From a virus (taxonomy: Duplodnaviria; Caudoviricetes), in the IMG/VR virus record IMGVR_UViG_3300024283_000014, positions 1,885 through 65,884 of that record: a stretch of DNA of 64,000 nucleotides; one strand, given 5' to 3'. Shown here one piece after another: positions 38,658 through 47,257 of this stretch. The notes below the pieces were generated by a model. The model did no database searches. It saw nothing but the letters and a program-made list of their open reading frames with translations, and was not told the origin of the DNA. Made by a program: the position numbers and the translations under genes. Positions within the stretch are counted from its first letter, which is position 1, and the number at the start of each line of letters is the position of its first letter.

Positions 38658-38975
38658 TTATCTCCTGAAATCCGGGTGTTTGCCATGTTCTTTCCGTTGA
38701 GTAAGCTTATCTACATTGGCCTGCATGATATCTTTTAAGGTGAAGCCGAACCGTTGAGAAATCCGAGTCAAATAATAAAGAACATCTCCGAGTTCGAGTT
38801 TTAGTTCCTGCTTGTCTAAGGTATTGTCTCGGACTGATTTCTTGAGATGTTCCATGACTTCTCCGGTTTCACCTGCTAGTCCGGCAGTCATTATGAACAA
38901 ACCTTCAATATCTTCTTGATTACGTCGCCAGTAATCTTTTACGAAGGTATTATAATCTTCGGTTGTTATCCCCAT
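38658..38975 (-). CDS. mazG: MazG-like nucleotide pyrophosphohydrolase
   Basis: GLAGETGEV, ELGDVLYYL, NVDKL; ATG at 38975 with AGGAG RBS. Confidence 0.85.
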   Translation of the reverse strand: MGITTEDYNTFVKDYWRRNQEDIEGLFIMTAGLAGETGEVMEHLKKSVRDNTLDKQELKLELGDVLYYLTRISQRFGFTLKDIMQANVDKLTQRKEHGKHPDFRR

Positions 38976-41233
38976 GCCTCTCCTATTTTGACTGAAATCG
39001 GAATTGAATATCCTCCGAGTTCCTTCCAAGGTTGTTCCATTACAAGCTTAAGCGTATCTACTAATTCGTCTACCTTATCTGGTGCTGATTCAAATACCAA
39101 ACTATCGTGAACCTGTAGAAGCAAATTCGTAGACGAGGGAATGCTTTTCACTATCGGCGTAACGGTGAGGACTTTGGCTTTGTCCCAGCCAATCCGCTCG
39201 TACATTAAACCGAGCATCGCCCGGAAGATGATATCTGCGGCGCAACTCTGCGGTAAAAAGCTCAAGCTCTCGGTGTAAGCTGAAGAAGTCCAGAACCATC
39301 TTTTCCGGTTGAAGGGTGTTGTTAATACACCATCCCTGGATGCTTGCGAGGCTGTTCTCGTCTGCCATGCTATTGTCCCCTTTATTTCTGATTTCCAAAC
39401 ATCCAATAGTCGATAGACTTCTGGAAGTGGAATGTCGTACATCTTACTGATCTTCTTGGCCCCGAGGCCATAGTTAATACCAAGGACTATGGCTTTACAT
39501 CTTCCATAAGGAGCCTCTCGGGAATTATCCTTGATGACTTCATCTTCTGGTATGCTGTAGGCTCTAGAAACCAGCAATTTATAATCTGAGTATTTTGGGT
39601 CAGCATACTTGGCGAGTCGCGCATTGTCTCCTGCCAATATTGCAGTGAGTCTATTTTCGATATTGGAATAATCAACGTCGATAATCTTCCATCCGGCGTG
39701 AGAAGGCACATATATACATCGGACGGGTTCGGGGATGTTTTGAAGATTGGGGTCGGAAGAAGAGAGACGACCGCTGGCTGTGCCATGCACATTGAAGTGA
39801 GGATACATGCGGCTGATTTTAAGCATATCAGCCTTAGCAAATGTAGTAATTGTTTCATCTATTTTATTTATCTTACCGAGGGCGAGAATAGCATGGTTTT
39901 TCGTCTTCCCGTAAAGTTTGGCTATCGCCATCTTTCCGGTTGTTATTCGTCCAGATTTGAGGTCGTATACAGGCTCCAACCCGAGGCATCCGGCACCGTC
40001 CCCGTAGAGATAACGCTGTTTGATGGCTGAGCTTCGCCAAGGAATAATTCGCTTGGTAGTTGGGACAGACAAATATTTAACCGGCTTTCCGCTTTTTCCA
40101 AGTGTTCCCGGAGGTGCCACAATTCGCTTCTTAGTTGGTTCATCCCTTCCTCTAAGGAAATCCGGGAGTTCTTTTTCGAGTTCATCTAGTTCCTTTAAAA
40201 GTTTTTCTCTTACTTCTGAAATTCGAGCAGGGTTAACTTTGAACCCCGTCTCGTGCATAAGATAACAAATTCGCGCAAGAGGGATTTGAACATTGTTATA
40301 CAGGTCAAGCAATCCTTCTTGAGTGACCATTGGTAGGAGGTCGAGCCAAACCTGATAGGTAACGTCAGTGTCCCGACAACAATAAGGCTCCCAACCCGCA
40401 TCTTTATCCTGTTTCCAAGCTGGTTTACTTACAAATTGACTTCCTACAAATTCAAGATCATGCGGCATGTCCGGGAAACGGAGATGCTGGAGAAGCATCG
40501 TATCCCAAACTTGACACTCTGGTTTAATCGTTATGTCTACGGCTTCGAGTTTGGGAAGATCGAACTGAATACAGTTATGCCCAATAACGGCTTTAGCGTT
40601 CCGAAAGATTCGTTTGAGTTCTGAGTGATATTCTCCTCGGACAGGAACGCATATTGCTTCTGTTGCGCTCGCACAGAGTCCGACCATTTCGGCTGGCGCG
40701 GTTTCGCCCATCGTCCGATACTTAGGACATTCAATGTCGAATGCAAAAGTTGTAGCAGTGAAAGCACGAACTTCCTCAATGGATGGAAAGGGTTTGTAAT
40801 GCTCGGGAGGTTCAACTAAAGACTTAGTGAGATCATTAGCGGTGACCGGAAGCATTGATTGGTCACGCATCAAATACAAGGGATCGAAGATGGCCATCCC
40901 TCGTTGGCCTTGAACATCTAATGGTGAACCTCGCCATTTAGCTACCCCGCGCTTATCAGTAAACCAACGAAGCGCAGTCTCACCTACTAGATCGATACGA
41001 TTCCATTTACGACTATTGATTATTTCTAATGCGCGGGTCTTAGTGGTTGTGTTTGCAAAAGAAATATCAGAATCATTGTCGCAACTAATAATATTAAGCC
41101 CATCTTTTTTGATTCCTGCTGATCTGAAAATATTGTTAAGAACTCGTGCCGCTCCTCCAGTCGTATCTGGTTCAAGACAGACGACCAAGCGATTCGAGTC
41201 TAATCCCGGAATAGGACGTTGGTGGATTAACAA
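38966..41233 (-). CDS. polA: DNA polymerase, family A, with N-terminal UDG-like domain
   Basis: Exo I FDIE, Exo II GHNCIQFDL, TASGRLSSSDPNLQNIP, motif A DVDYSNIE, motif B KAIVLGINYG, motif C LQVHDSL. Confidence 0.95.
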   Translation of the reverse strand: MLIHQRPIPGLDSNRLVVCLEPDTTGGAARVLNNIFRSAGIKKDGLNIISCDNDSDISFANTTTKTRALEIINSRKWNRIDLVGETALRWFTDKRGVAKWRGSPLDVQGQRGMAIFDPLYLMRDQSMLPVTANDLTKSLVEPPEHYKPFPSIEEVRAFTATTFAFDIECPKYRTMGETAPAEMVGLCASATEAICVPVRGEYHSELKRIFRNAKAVIGHNCIQFDLPKLEAVDITIKPECQVWDTMLLQHLRFPDMPHDLEFVGSQFVSKPAWKQDKDAGWEPYCCRDTDVTYQVWLDLLPMVTQEGLLDLYNNVQIPLARICYLMHETGFKVNPARISEVREKLLKELDELEKELPDFLRGRDEPTKKRIVAPPGTLGKSGKPVKYLSVPTTKRIIPWRSSAIKQRYLYGDGAGCLGLEPVYDLKSGRITTGKMAIAKLYGKTKNHAILALGKINKIDETITTFAKADMLKISRMYPHFNVHGTASGRLSSSDPNLQNIPEPVRCIYVPSHAGWKIIDVDYSNIENRLTAILAGDNARLAKYADPKYSDYKLLVSRAYSIPEDEVIKDNSREAPYGRCKAIVLGINYGLGAKKISKMYDIPLPEVYRLLDVWKSEIKGTIAWQTRTASQASRDGVLTTPFNRKRWFWTSSAYTESLSFLPQSCAADIIFRAMLGLMYERIGWDKAKVLTVTPIVKSIPSSTNLLLQVHDSLVFESAPDKVDELVDTLKLVMEQPWKELGGYSIPISVKIGEAWG

Positions 41234-41234
41234 G

Positions 41235-41369
41235 TTACTTGGAGTTTCTGGTTACAGGATGCTTCTTGTGGGTGGAGTTATAAATTTTAGCGGCTTTGGT
41301 TTTAGCATCAGCATCACTCATGCCTTCAGCTTTTGCTTTATCTCGGATGGCTTCGTATTGTTTTGGCAT
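41235..41369 (-). CDS. 44-aa basic mini-protein
   Basis: MPKQYEAIRDKAKAEGMSDADAKTKAAKIYNSTHK...; GAGGA RBS. Confidence 0.65.
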   Translation of the reverse strand: MPKQYEAIRDKAKAEGMSDADAKTKAAKIYNSTHKKHPVTRNSK

Positions 41370-41523
41370 TATTCCTCTTTAATAATTACAATGATAAGCT
41401 ATATAATAATAACTTATACGTTTGTGTCGTTCTTTAGGTTTAGGAGTATACATTCGTTCCCGATAAATTTTTTCATAGCCACAAACAGGACAATCTGCAT
41501 ATATCGTTTTGTACCAATATTTC

Positions 41524-41865
41524 TTACCAGATTCCACGGAAAGCTCCCCTAAAAGCTAATCTCAACATCTCTTCATCAAATTTCTGCCCATGTGCATTTT
41601 CATTGTCCGATGGACGTTGTTTCACATGAACCATTTCGTGTAACAAAGTAAACTTTAAAAATACATCATGCTCGACTAAGTTAGAATCAAGATAAATTGT
41701 ATGGAGACTTAGGCCCGGCTCTGCGAACAAAGTTGTAAGGCCACAAGAATTGGTATTACCCATATCTACAAGACGAACAGGAACCTCGGCTGGAAGTTCA
41801 TTGTCGAAGTATTTCTTATTGTATCTTTTATAAAGGGCTGTTAACTGTTTTTCAGTCATGACCAA
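41524..41865 (-). CDS. SprT-like zinc metalloprotease
   Basis: YNKKYFDNEL...LLHEMVH...HGQKF. Confidence 0.85.
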   Translation of the reverse strand: MVMTEKQLTALYKRYNKKYFDNELPAEVPVRLVDMGNTNSCGLTTLFAEPGLSLHTIYLDSNLVEHDVFLKFTLLHEMVHVKQRPSDNENAHGQKFDEEMLRLAFRGAFRGIW

Positions 41866-41960
41866 AGGGTAGGATTTTTATCTTCAGCGTATAGCAAGGC
41901 GAAACAAAGTATAATCACAACCACGAAGCCGAGTATGACGGGATCAATCATCTGGAAGAA

Positions 41961-41988
41961 AGGGCCAAGGCAGTTTCTCCTTGGCCCT
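41961..41988 (-). terminator. intrinsic terminator downstream of ssb
   Basis: AGGGCCAAGG/CCTTGGCCCT stem followed by TTCTT on the - strand. Confidence 0.7.
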
Positions 41989-42009
41989 AGCACCGCCTAT
42001 TAAGCCAGT

Positions 42010-42423
42010 TTATGCAGCAGGCTTAACATTGAGCAACTGAAGGTTGCTACGTTTTGTACCAGTCTCATCTTCCTTCACCGTTACTCCGGTCTGGAAGAAG
42101 CTACCAGCAATACGATTCAAGAAAGCAACCGGGTCTTCACCGTCTTGCACTTCTTGGCCTGTCGCAACTTCAAGTCGCTTCAAGGCTACTGAACTCCAAT
42201 TCTGAACCTTGCCATTCTTGTCGGTAGATTCAGGATCAGGATAACTAAACAACATACGCTTCCCGGTAAATTCGCCATCCGACTCAATCGTTGCGGAGGC
42301 TAAAATCGAACCACGATCATTGTACTTAGCTCCGGGATTGAGACGAAATTTATAGCTACCTGCGGCGACTAAATCGAGTTGCGCGGGATTAATTTCCTTA
42401 AGGTTTATAGATGTCCAACTCAT
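42010..42423 (-). CDS. putative single-stranded DNA-binding protein (DUF669-like OB fold)
   Basis: AGSYKFRL...EFTGKRML; follows the AAA ATPase gene. Confidence 0.7.
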   Translation of the reverse strand: MSWTSINLKEINPAQLDLVAAGSYKFRLNPGAKYNDRGSILASATIESDGEFTGKRMLFSYPDPESTDKNGKVQNWSSVALKRLEVATGQEVQDGEDPVAFLNRIAGSFFQTGVTVKEDETGTKRSNLQLLNVKPAA

Positions 42424-42477
42424 TCGTTATTGTTCCTCTTTGTGTGTGAATTTGTTGACCAAGCCCGGCCAACATTA

Positions 42478-42506
42478 TTTAGACCCTCGGGGAGAAGGTT
42501 TTATTA
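42478..42506 (-). promoter_or_regulatory. putative phage ECF-sigma promoter
   Basis: GTAATAA-N15-GTCTAAA upstream of ssb. Confidence 0.7.
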
Positions 42507-42761
42507 CATTTTAGACAAAATTTTGCCCATCCGGTATCGGGCTTGTTGAGGAACGCCTCGCACCTGTTGTCAACGGGGTGGAGACAGAGCAGGATTTTTA
42601 ACATTCCTCGCATCCTATTGAAGCAAACCGGATGGGCAAACTTGATTAAATAGAAGCAGCTAACATTGTCGCAGTTAACGCAAGCAAAAATTCTTCATCT
42701 TCTCTGCTTTTCTTTTCTTCTATTTCAATTTCTTTTTTCTTCTTTTTTTCCTCTTCGTAAC

Positions 42762-43562
42762 TCATTGGTATCCTTTGATAATCTTATCTAATAGACTTGG
42801 AAAACTTCCTGCGCCTGAATCAAGATCAAAAATTTCTTCTCGATCAAGCAAAGGCTTTTTATTTACAGTTGCGCGACACTTCGCTATCACGCCTTGTTCT
42901 TGGTTAGTTTGAAAGTATCTCTGTGAGTAACGAGATTTGGCGTCCGCAGGATTTCTAAGAAGGCTTCGCGTTCTGAGCCGAAGTACGAAGTCAAACATGG
43001 AAGGTGCTGCGGTAAACAACTGTCCTGATAACTCAGGGCCAATGAGAGATTCAGTTCCCGGAGCATCGGTTTCATTTGGACGGTCATATTTTTCATGGGC
43101 CATCACTAGGATGTGTTTAGTTGGATTGGCCTGAATAAGCACAATAAGAACTCGTCTTATCATCTCCGCCATTACCATATAATCACGGAGTTCAGGAACA
43201 CCAAACTTACGGGAAGCACCACTAGAGGTTGGAATTGCCAAGGCTGCATCTTTGATTAAAGTGCGAGCCATTGTAGAAAGATTATCGAGAACTAGAATTT
43301 TCTTGTTTGGAAATACTTCGCCTTTAGCGAACTTCTCTAGATCGCTTAAGGATTCTGGTTCAATATAGTCAAAAGATTTTTCAGTGATTGGAAGTAAGCC
43401 GCTACCAGTTCCGAGGTCACATGCTGCGATGCCTGTGTCGTCAGGTGGACAGGTTCCCACCCAAGTGGTTTTCCCTGTTCCTGGGAGGCTGTATACAAGA
43501 CCAACGAATCTAAATTGTTTAGGATCAACTAATTGGCGGGTGTTTTTAACAAGGATGGACAA
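42762..43562 (-). CDS. AAA_24-family ATPase (Sak4-like recombination protein)
   Basis: YSLPGTGKTT, LVLDNLS, ILVMAHEK. Confidence 0.85.
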   Translation of the reverse strand: MSILVKNTRQLVDPKQFRFVGLVYSLPGTGKTTWVGTCPPDDTGIAACDLGTGSGLLPITEKSFDYIEPESLSDLEKFAKGEVFPNKKILVLDNLSTMARTLIKDAALAIPTSSGASRKFGVPELRDYMVMAEMIRRVLIVLIQANPTKHILVMAHEKYDRPNETDAPGTESLIGPELSGQLFTAAPSMFDFVLRLRTRSLLRNPADAKSRYSQRYFQTNQEQGVIAKCRATVNKKPLLDREEIFDLDSGAGSFPSLLDKIIKGYQ

Positions 43563-43564
43563 AT

Positions 43565-43777
43565 CTAATTATATGCCTCTTTATTCCCGACCGGGAAGGA
43601 GTCTATATTAGTTATATCTTTAGTCACTACGATTCCCTCTTCCCCGTCCATAAGCCATTCTTCAGCCACGGACTCTGCCTCTTCCTGAGAGTTAACCTCA
43701 GGGACTATAAATTCATGAATCGAAAGGACTTCTACACTAACTTGGAAATCGCGTTTCACATCTTCTTCTGCGTTCAT
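43565..43777 (-). CDS. acidic hypothetical protein
   Basis: ATG at 43777 with GGAGGG RBS preferred over 43834. Confidence 0.6.
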   Translation of the reverse strand: MNAEEDVKRDFQVSVEVLSIHEFIVPEVNSQEEAESVAEEWLMDGEEGIVVTKDITNIDSFPVGNKEAYN

Positions 43778-43780
43778 ATA

Positions 43781-43810
43781 TTTAGACCCTCCGAAACTAG
43801 GTTTTATTAC
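43781..43810 (-). promoter_or_regulatory. putative phage ECF-sigma promoter
   Basis: GTAATAA-N16-GTCTAAA. Confidence 0.75.
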
Positions 43811-44564
43811 TGGATTTTCGTAATTCTTTTTCAATCTGCCTTACACGATCAAAAAGAGCTTTAGCACCGATAAAGGCTTTAAAATCAAGACGATAGGTAT
43901 CTCGGGGATAGTAATGAGGGTCGATAGACCCATCTTCTAGAATGCGAACTATATATCTACCTTGGATTGGTTGATCGGGATGTTCTTCTTCCCAAGCGTA
44001 TTGATAGGCGGCTGTTTGGAGGCGAAACTCGGGATAAACTGATTTACCTGTTTTCCAATCTAAAAGATAGATTTTCTCGCCAATCGTTCCAATAGCATCG
44101 AGAGTTCCTGAATAACGGTGTCGGCGCGAATAGATTTTTCTCTCAGATTCTGTAATAGTGATGTTGTCTCGCTGTAACCAATCGCGTAATTCAAGCACCT
44201 CTGTATCCCCGCTCTGTAATTCTCCGCTTTCTCTAATGCTTCTTTCAATAGCGGCATGTAAATTGGTTCCGCGCTTGGCGGCATCACCTTTAATTCGAGT
44301 ACTGGATTGCTTGGCGGCATTCCAAACCTCCTCAAGATAAATCTCCGCGTACTCTGTGCCCGGAGCTATTGCTCCCTTGCACACGTCGAGTGTATTATTT
44401 ATGGCCCAATTCATCAGTGGGCCTGACTTGTCGATGATCGAGGTTATCCCTGTAACCGATGGAACCTTATACTTTCGGCCTTTGTTTATTACTCGGTACT
44501 GATGGTTGGCGGGATTAAACTCAAGGATTATTTCTCCGCCATACAGGAACGTTTGCTCGACCAA
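43797..44564 (-). CDS. PD-(D/E)XK exonuclease (Cas4/RecB-like)
   Basis: PSVTGI, RGTNLH, YSGTLDAI...LLDWKTG, QTAAY. Confidence 0.9.
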   Translation of the reverse strand: MVEQTFLYGGEIILEFNPANHQYRVINKGRKYKVPSVTGITSIIDKSGPLMNWAINNTLDVCKGAIAPGTEYAEIYLEEVWNAAKQSSTRIKGDAAKRGTNLHAAIERSIRESGELQSGDTEVLELRDWLQRDNITITESERKIYSRRHRYSGTLDAIGTIGEKIYLLDWKTGKSVYPEFRLQTAAYQYAWEEEHPDQPIQGRYIVRILEDGSIDPHYYPRDTYRLDFKAFIGAKALFDRVRQIEKELRKSSNKT

Positions 44565-44909
44565 TTAGTGTGCAGGTTTCATTTCTGGACTACCATACAT
44601 ATAGTTAGTCCCGCCTGATTCGTGACTTTTCCAAGTAACTAGCAACTTCCAACCTTTGTCTTCGAGGAATTTCTTTTGTCGTTCAAATTCCTCTGGCCTT
44701 GGGTTGTATCGCTTTGAATCCGATATGATGGCTATGGTATCAAGAGCCTTGCCATAACTGGCCCATTGCCCCTCTTGCGCTGTTCCCAGCTTCACCATGT
44801 CCTCAAACAAGGCTGTTTGTTTCTTGCTAAAGTCGTCTGCCTTGCCTAGACAACCTATGTCATGCACTGTTTTCAAACCACAGCATCCTGGTAACATTGT
44901 TGTTCTCAT
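44565..44909 (-). CDS. GNAT-derived mini-protein (PGCC family)
   Basis: MLPGCC...KFLEDKGWKLLVTWKS...YMYGSP; start 44909 by ATGA coupling. Confidence 0.6.
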   Translation of the reverse strand: MRTTMLPGCCGLKTVHDIGCLGKADDFSKKQTALFEDMVKLGTAQEGQWASYGKALDTIAIISDSKRYNPRPEEFERQKKFLEDKGWKLLVTWKSHESGGTNYMYGSPEMKPAH

Positions 44910-45115
44910 GAACGCCCTCCTAGCATTCCGTCTGACTTCCAACCATCTTTAACAGGCTGATTACCCCGTTCTACGCGAGGATAATTACAAGGTAAATCTA
45001 GTCTTGTTTTAGTCGCTCGCCCATCATTGGCTCCACATGCTACACAAACTTCATCATATAAACTAGAATCTGAATATCTTGTTTTATGACTAGGATGTAC
45101 CATTTTTCTCTCCAT
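44906..45115 (-). CDS. small Cys-containing hypothetical protein
   Basis: CVAC...C. Confidence 0.5.
   Translation of the reverse strand: MERKMVHPSHKTRYSDSSLYDEVCVACGANDGRATKTRLDLPCNYPRVERGNQPVKDGWKSDGMLGGRS
44961..44980 (-). repeat. dispersed motif A copy
   Basis: ttaccccgttctacgcgagg. Confidence 0.9.
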
Positions 45116-45383
45116 CCCGGCTAAACTTCTCCGGAAGAACTTCTAAACTAGTAATGCACCCAATAGGAATAGATAAGTCATCAAGGCTTGCGCTCTTTTG
45201 ATCCATCGAATGTGATATACTTATACATTCCTTTGAGGTGCCCGTTAAAAAGCCGAGGGATTTTATGCGCCCCGGAACCCGAGGTGGAGTTTCGTGGTTA
45301 TAAGACCAGCCAAGCAGACTCTTGGCGTCGTCCCATTGAATTAGAACTGCTGTGCCTTGCTTGAGTTTCATTTTTGTATTCAT
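45090..45383 (-). CDS. conserved small phage protein (Sm-like beta pattern)
   Basis: IQWDDA...GW...SLGFL...IPIGCI pattern. Confidence 0.65.
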   Translation of the reverse strand: MNTKMKLKQGTAVLIQWDDAKSLLGWSYNHETPPRVPGRIKSLGFLTGTSKECISISHSMDQKSASLDDLSIPIGCITSLEVLPEKFSRDGEKNGTS

Positions 45384-45397
45384 AGGGAGTAAGGAGA

Positions 45398-45628
45398 TTA
45401 CTCAGGATATTCTATGCAAGACAACATACGTGTCTTTTCGGCGTCAGAAAGCTTATTATAAGCTTCTTTGCCTATAGCGGCACGAAGGTCTTTTTCTTGT
45501 CGAGTTAAAGGGATACTACGCCGGATATGGTAGAGCCTTTCGGCCTCGGCTTCGACAAGTGCGGTTATTTTTTCCGCATCTAAAAACTCAGATGCGCGTT
45601 CAGACACTTCGACTGTAATAGATTTCAC
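45398..45628 (-). CDS. hypothetical protein
   Basis: GTG start 5 nt after the -10 element. Confidence 0.6.
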   Translation of the reverse strand: MKSITVEVSERASEFLDAEKITALVEAEAERLYHIRRSIPLTRQEKDLRAAIGKEAYNKLSDAEKTRMLSCIEYPE

Positions 45629-45633
45629 ATACC

Positions 45634-45663
45634 TTTAGACCCTCCAAAAGAGAAAATTATTAC
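45634..45663 (-). promoter_or_regulatory. putative phage ECF-sigma promoter
   Basis: GTAATAA-N16-GTCTAAA. Confidence 0.75.
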
Positions 45664-45815
45664 TAAATATTTTTGTCTCTCTTTCTAGCCTATACTCAAT
45701 ATACCCCCTCCCCCCTCCCCCTATTAAATAGAGATATAAGAGAGAGATACATACTAATTACAAAAGATGAACGCAATCTGTATTGTGTCTCGGGCTAACG
45801 TTCGCTCCCAAGCTT

Positions 45816-46037
45816 TTACTTAACACAAGATATTGCTGCACCATCATGGTACACAGAACGGAACGCATAACAGCGAGTACCTGTTTCTTTGTCTTGCACA
45901 AAGAAGAAACAAGCCGGAGTTTGTTCGCCTGACTCTACACAACCTTCAAATTTAATCCAAATTTTTGACTGATCTGTTTCTGCGCTACCTAATATTACCG
46001 TAGCACATAAGCCGATTGCTAAAAGCAGTTTTTTCAT
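45816..46037 (-). CDS. small exported protein
   Basis: MKKLLLAIGLCATVILGSA signal peptide; 4 further Cys. Confidence 0.7.
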   Translation of the reverse strand: MKKLLLAIGLCATVILGSAETDQSKIWIKFEGCVESGEQTPACFFFVQDKETGTRCYAFRSVYHDGAAISCVK

Positions 46038-46044
46038 ATAATCT

Positions 46045-46064
46045 CCTCGCCTAGAACGGGGTCA
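46045..46064 (+). repeat. dispersed motif A copy
   Basis: cctcgcctagaacggggtca; complement supplies the RBS of 46037. Confidence 0.9.
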
Positions 46065-46283
46065 GGCTTCTCGGCCATGCCCAATATGCAAATACCCGCA
46101 AGCCGAGCAAAGATACAACTCCAACAACTCAGGCTTATGAGGATACCTGTTTGTGTCGTTTTGAGCGGCCAGCAAGTATTGTTGTCCGTTTAAGGTATCG
46201 AGTTTTACTTTGAATCGACACTTTCTCAAGTGTGATCTAAGTCTGTTTCTCTCTTTGCATGTCATAGCCCCAACTCTTCCCAA
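46062..46283 (-). CDS. small zinc-binding protein
   Basis: YLCSACGYLHIGH. Confidence 0.6.
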   Translation of the reverse strand: MGRVGAMTCKERNRLRSHLRKCRFKVKLDTLNGQQYLLAAQNDTNRYPHKPELLELYLCSACGYLHIGHGREA

Positions 46284-47257
46284 CGTTCTTTGAAGTTGAT
46301 TGAAGGATCAATTTGCAATGGTTTTAAACCCGGTTCAAGTACCTTTTCACTTACACGAAGCGCATTAACATCTTTGGATTTATAAGTGTTAAGCCACTTG
46401 TGTAAACCAGCAAAACTTGTACAATCATGAAGAGCTTGAAATGCACCTACAGGATCAGATGCGGCTAATTTTGCTGCTGTAAGGCATAGAAAAGCGATCC
46501 TCGGATCATACAACCAACTTGCCATCGTCCGATATTCCATGTGCCCGTTGCAATCTCGAACATCTCCGAATTGGCCATAACCATAATTGATAGCTTGATA
46601 TGATGTTCGTCGCTGGTTGCTTTCATTTTTCGGGAGAATGTCTAAATGTTCAAGAACTTTGGTCAAAGCATCTAATGCTCTTGTCACTTCGATTCCTTTG
46701 GTATTAAGCCTATAGCCATCTCGGGTTCCTAAATTGCGAGAAACGCCTTCTTGAAAGCTATTGAATCCAAAGTGAATATGTCCTCCGAGGCAATCGTTGT
46801 TACAAATTGCTCCTGCTCTCAAAGAAGCATCTGGTACTTTGGTATTCTTTATCAAGGTTTGAAGTTTGCGAACCAATGCAAATACACCCTTGGACGGTTC
46901 GGGACGATATTCAGCCACGCGTCCTCCATGATCGTATCCAACTGGCCCATATTGAGGAAAATATCTCGAAGCCGGAATTGTCTTTTTATCTGCACCTAGC
47001 AGCATAAATTCAGGATCGCATCCGACTCTAAAATTGTTTATCATAGAACCTTCGTCTTCAGGAGTTCCCAAATTAGGAACTATTGGAGGTGGAACAGGAG
47101 CAAGAACAGGGGCTTCAACGGCTGGAACGGCAAGGATTTGTTCGGCTGGATTTCCTTGAACTGCAATCCATTCACCTGGGTCTGGAATATTAGCTTGAGG
47201 ATAAATTGCAATCCCATTATTGTAATACATCCAGTAGAGTTGATTCAGATTAGGCAT
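46262..47257 (-). CDS. phiEco32-like COOH-NH2 ligase type 2 (paralog 1)
   Basis: VGCDPEF, AEYRPEP, GGHIHFG, HMEYRTMASW. Confidence 0.9.
   Translation of the reverse strand: MPNLNQLYWMYYNNGIAIYPQANIPDPGEWIAVQGNPAEQILAVPAVEAPVLAPVPPPIVPNLGTPEDEGSMINNFRVGCDPEFMLLGADKKTIPASRYFPQYGPVGYDHGGRVAEYRPEPSKGVFALVRKLQTLIKNTKVPDASLRAGAICNNDCLGGHIHFGFNSFQEGVSRNLGTRDGYRLNTKGIEVTRALDALTKVLEHLDILPKNESNQRRTSYQAINYGYGQFGDVRDCNGHMEYRTMASWLYDPRIAFLCLTAAKLAASDPVGAFQALHDCTSFAGLHKWLNTYKSKDVNALRVSEKVLEPGLKPLQIDPSINFKERWEELGL
47061..47080. repeat. palindrome B copy (1 mismatch, intragenic)
   Basis: ggagttcccaaattaggaac. Confidence 0.7.

Noticed and set aside
34215-41233. 2-aminoadenine (Z) genome call
   Set aside because: No PurZ/PurA-like gene is visible; DUF5664-like and MazG-like proteins alone are not diagnostic.
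42557-42580. cctcgc...aacggggt with a 6-nt longer spacer
   Set aside because: Spacing departs too far from the other 17 copies; not counted as motif A.
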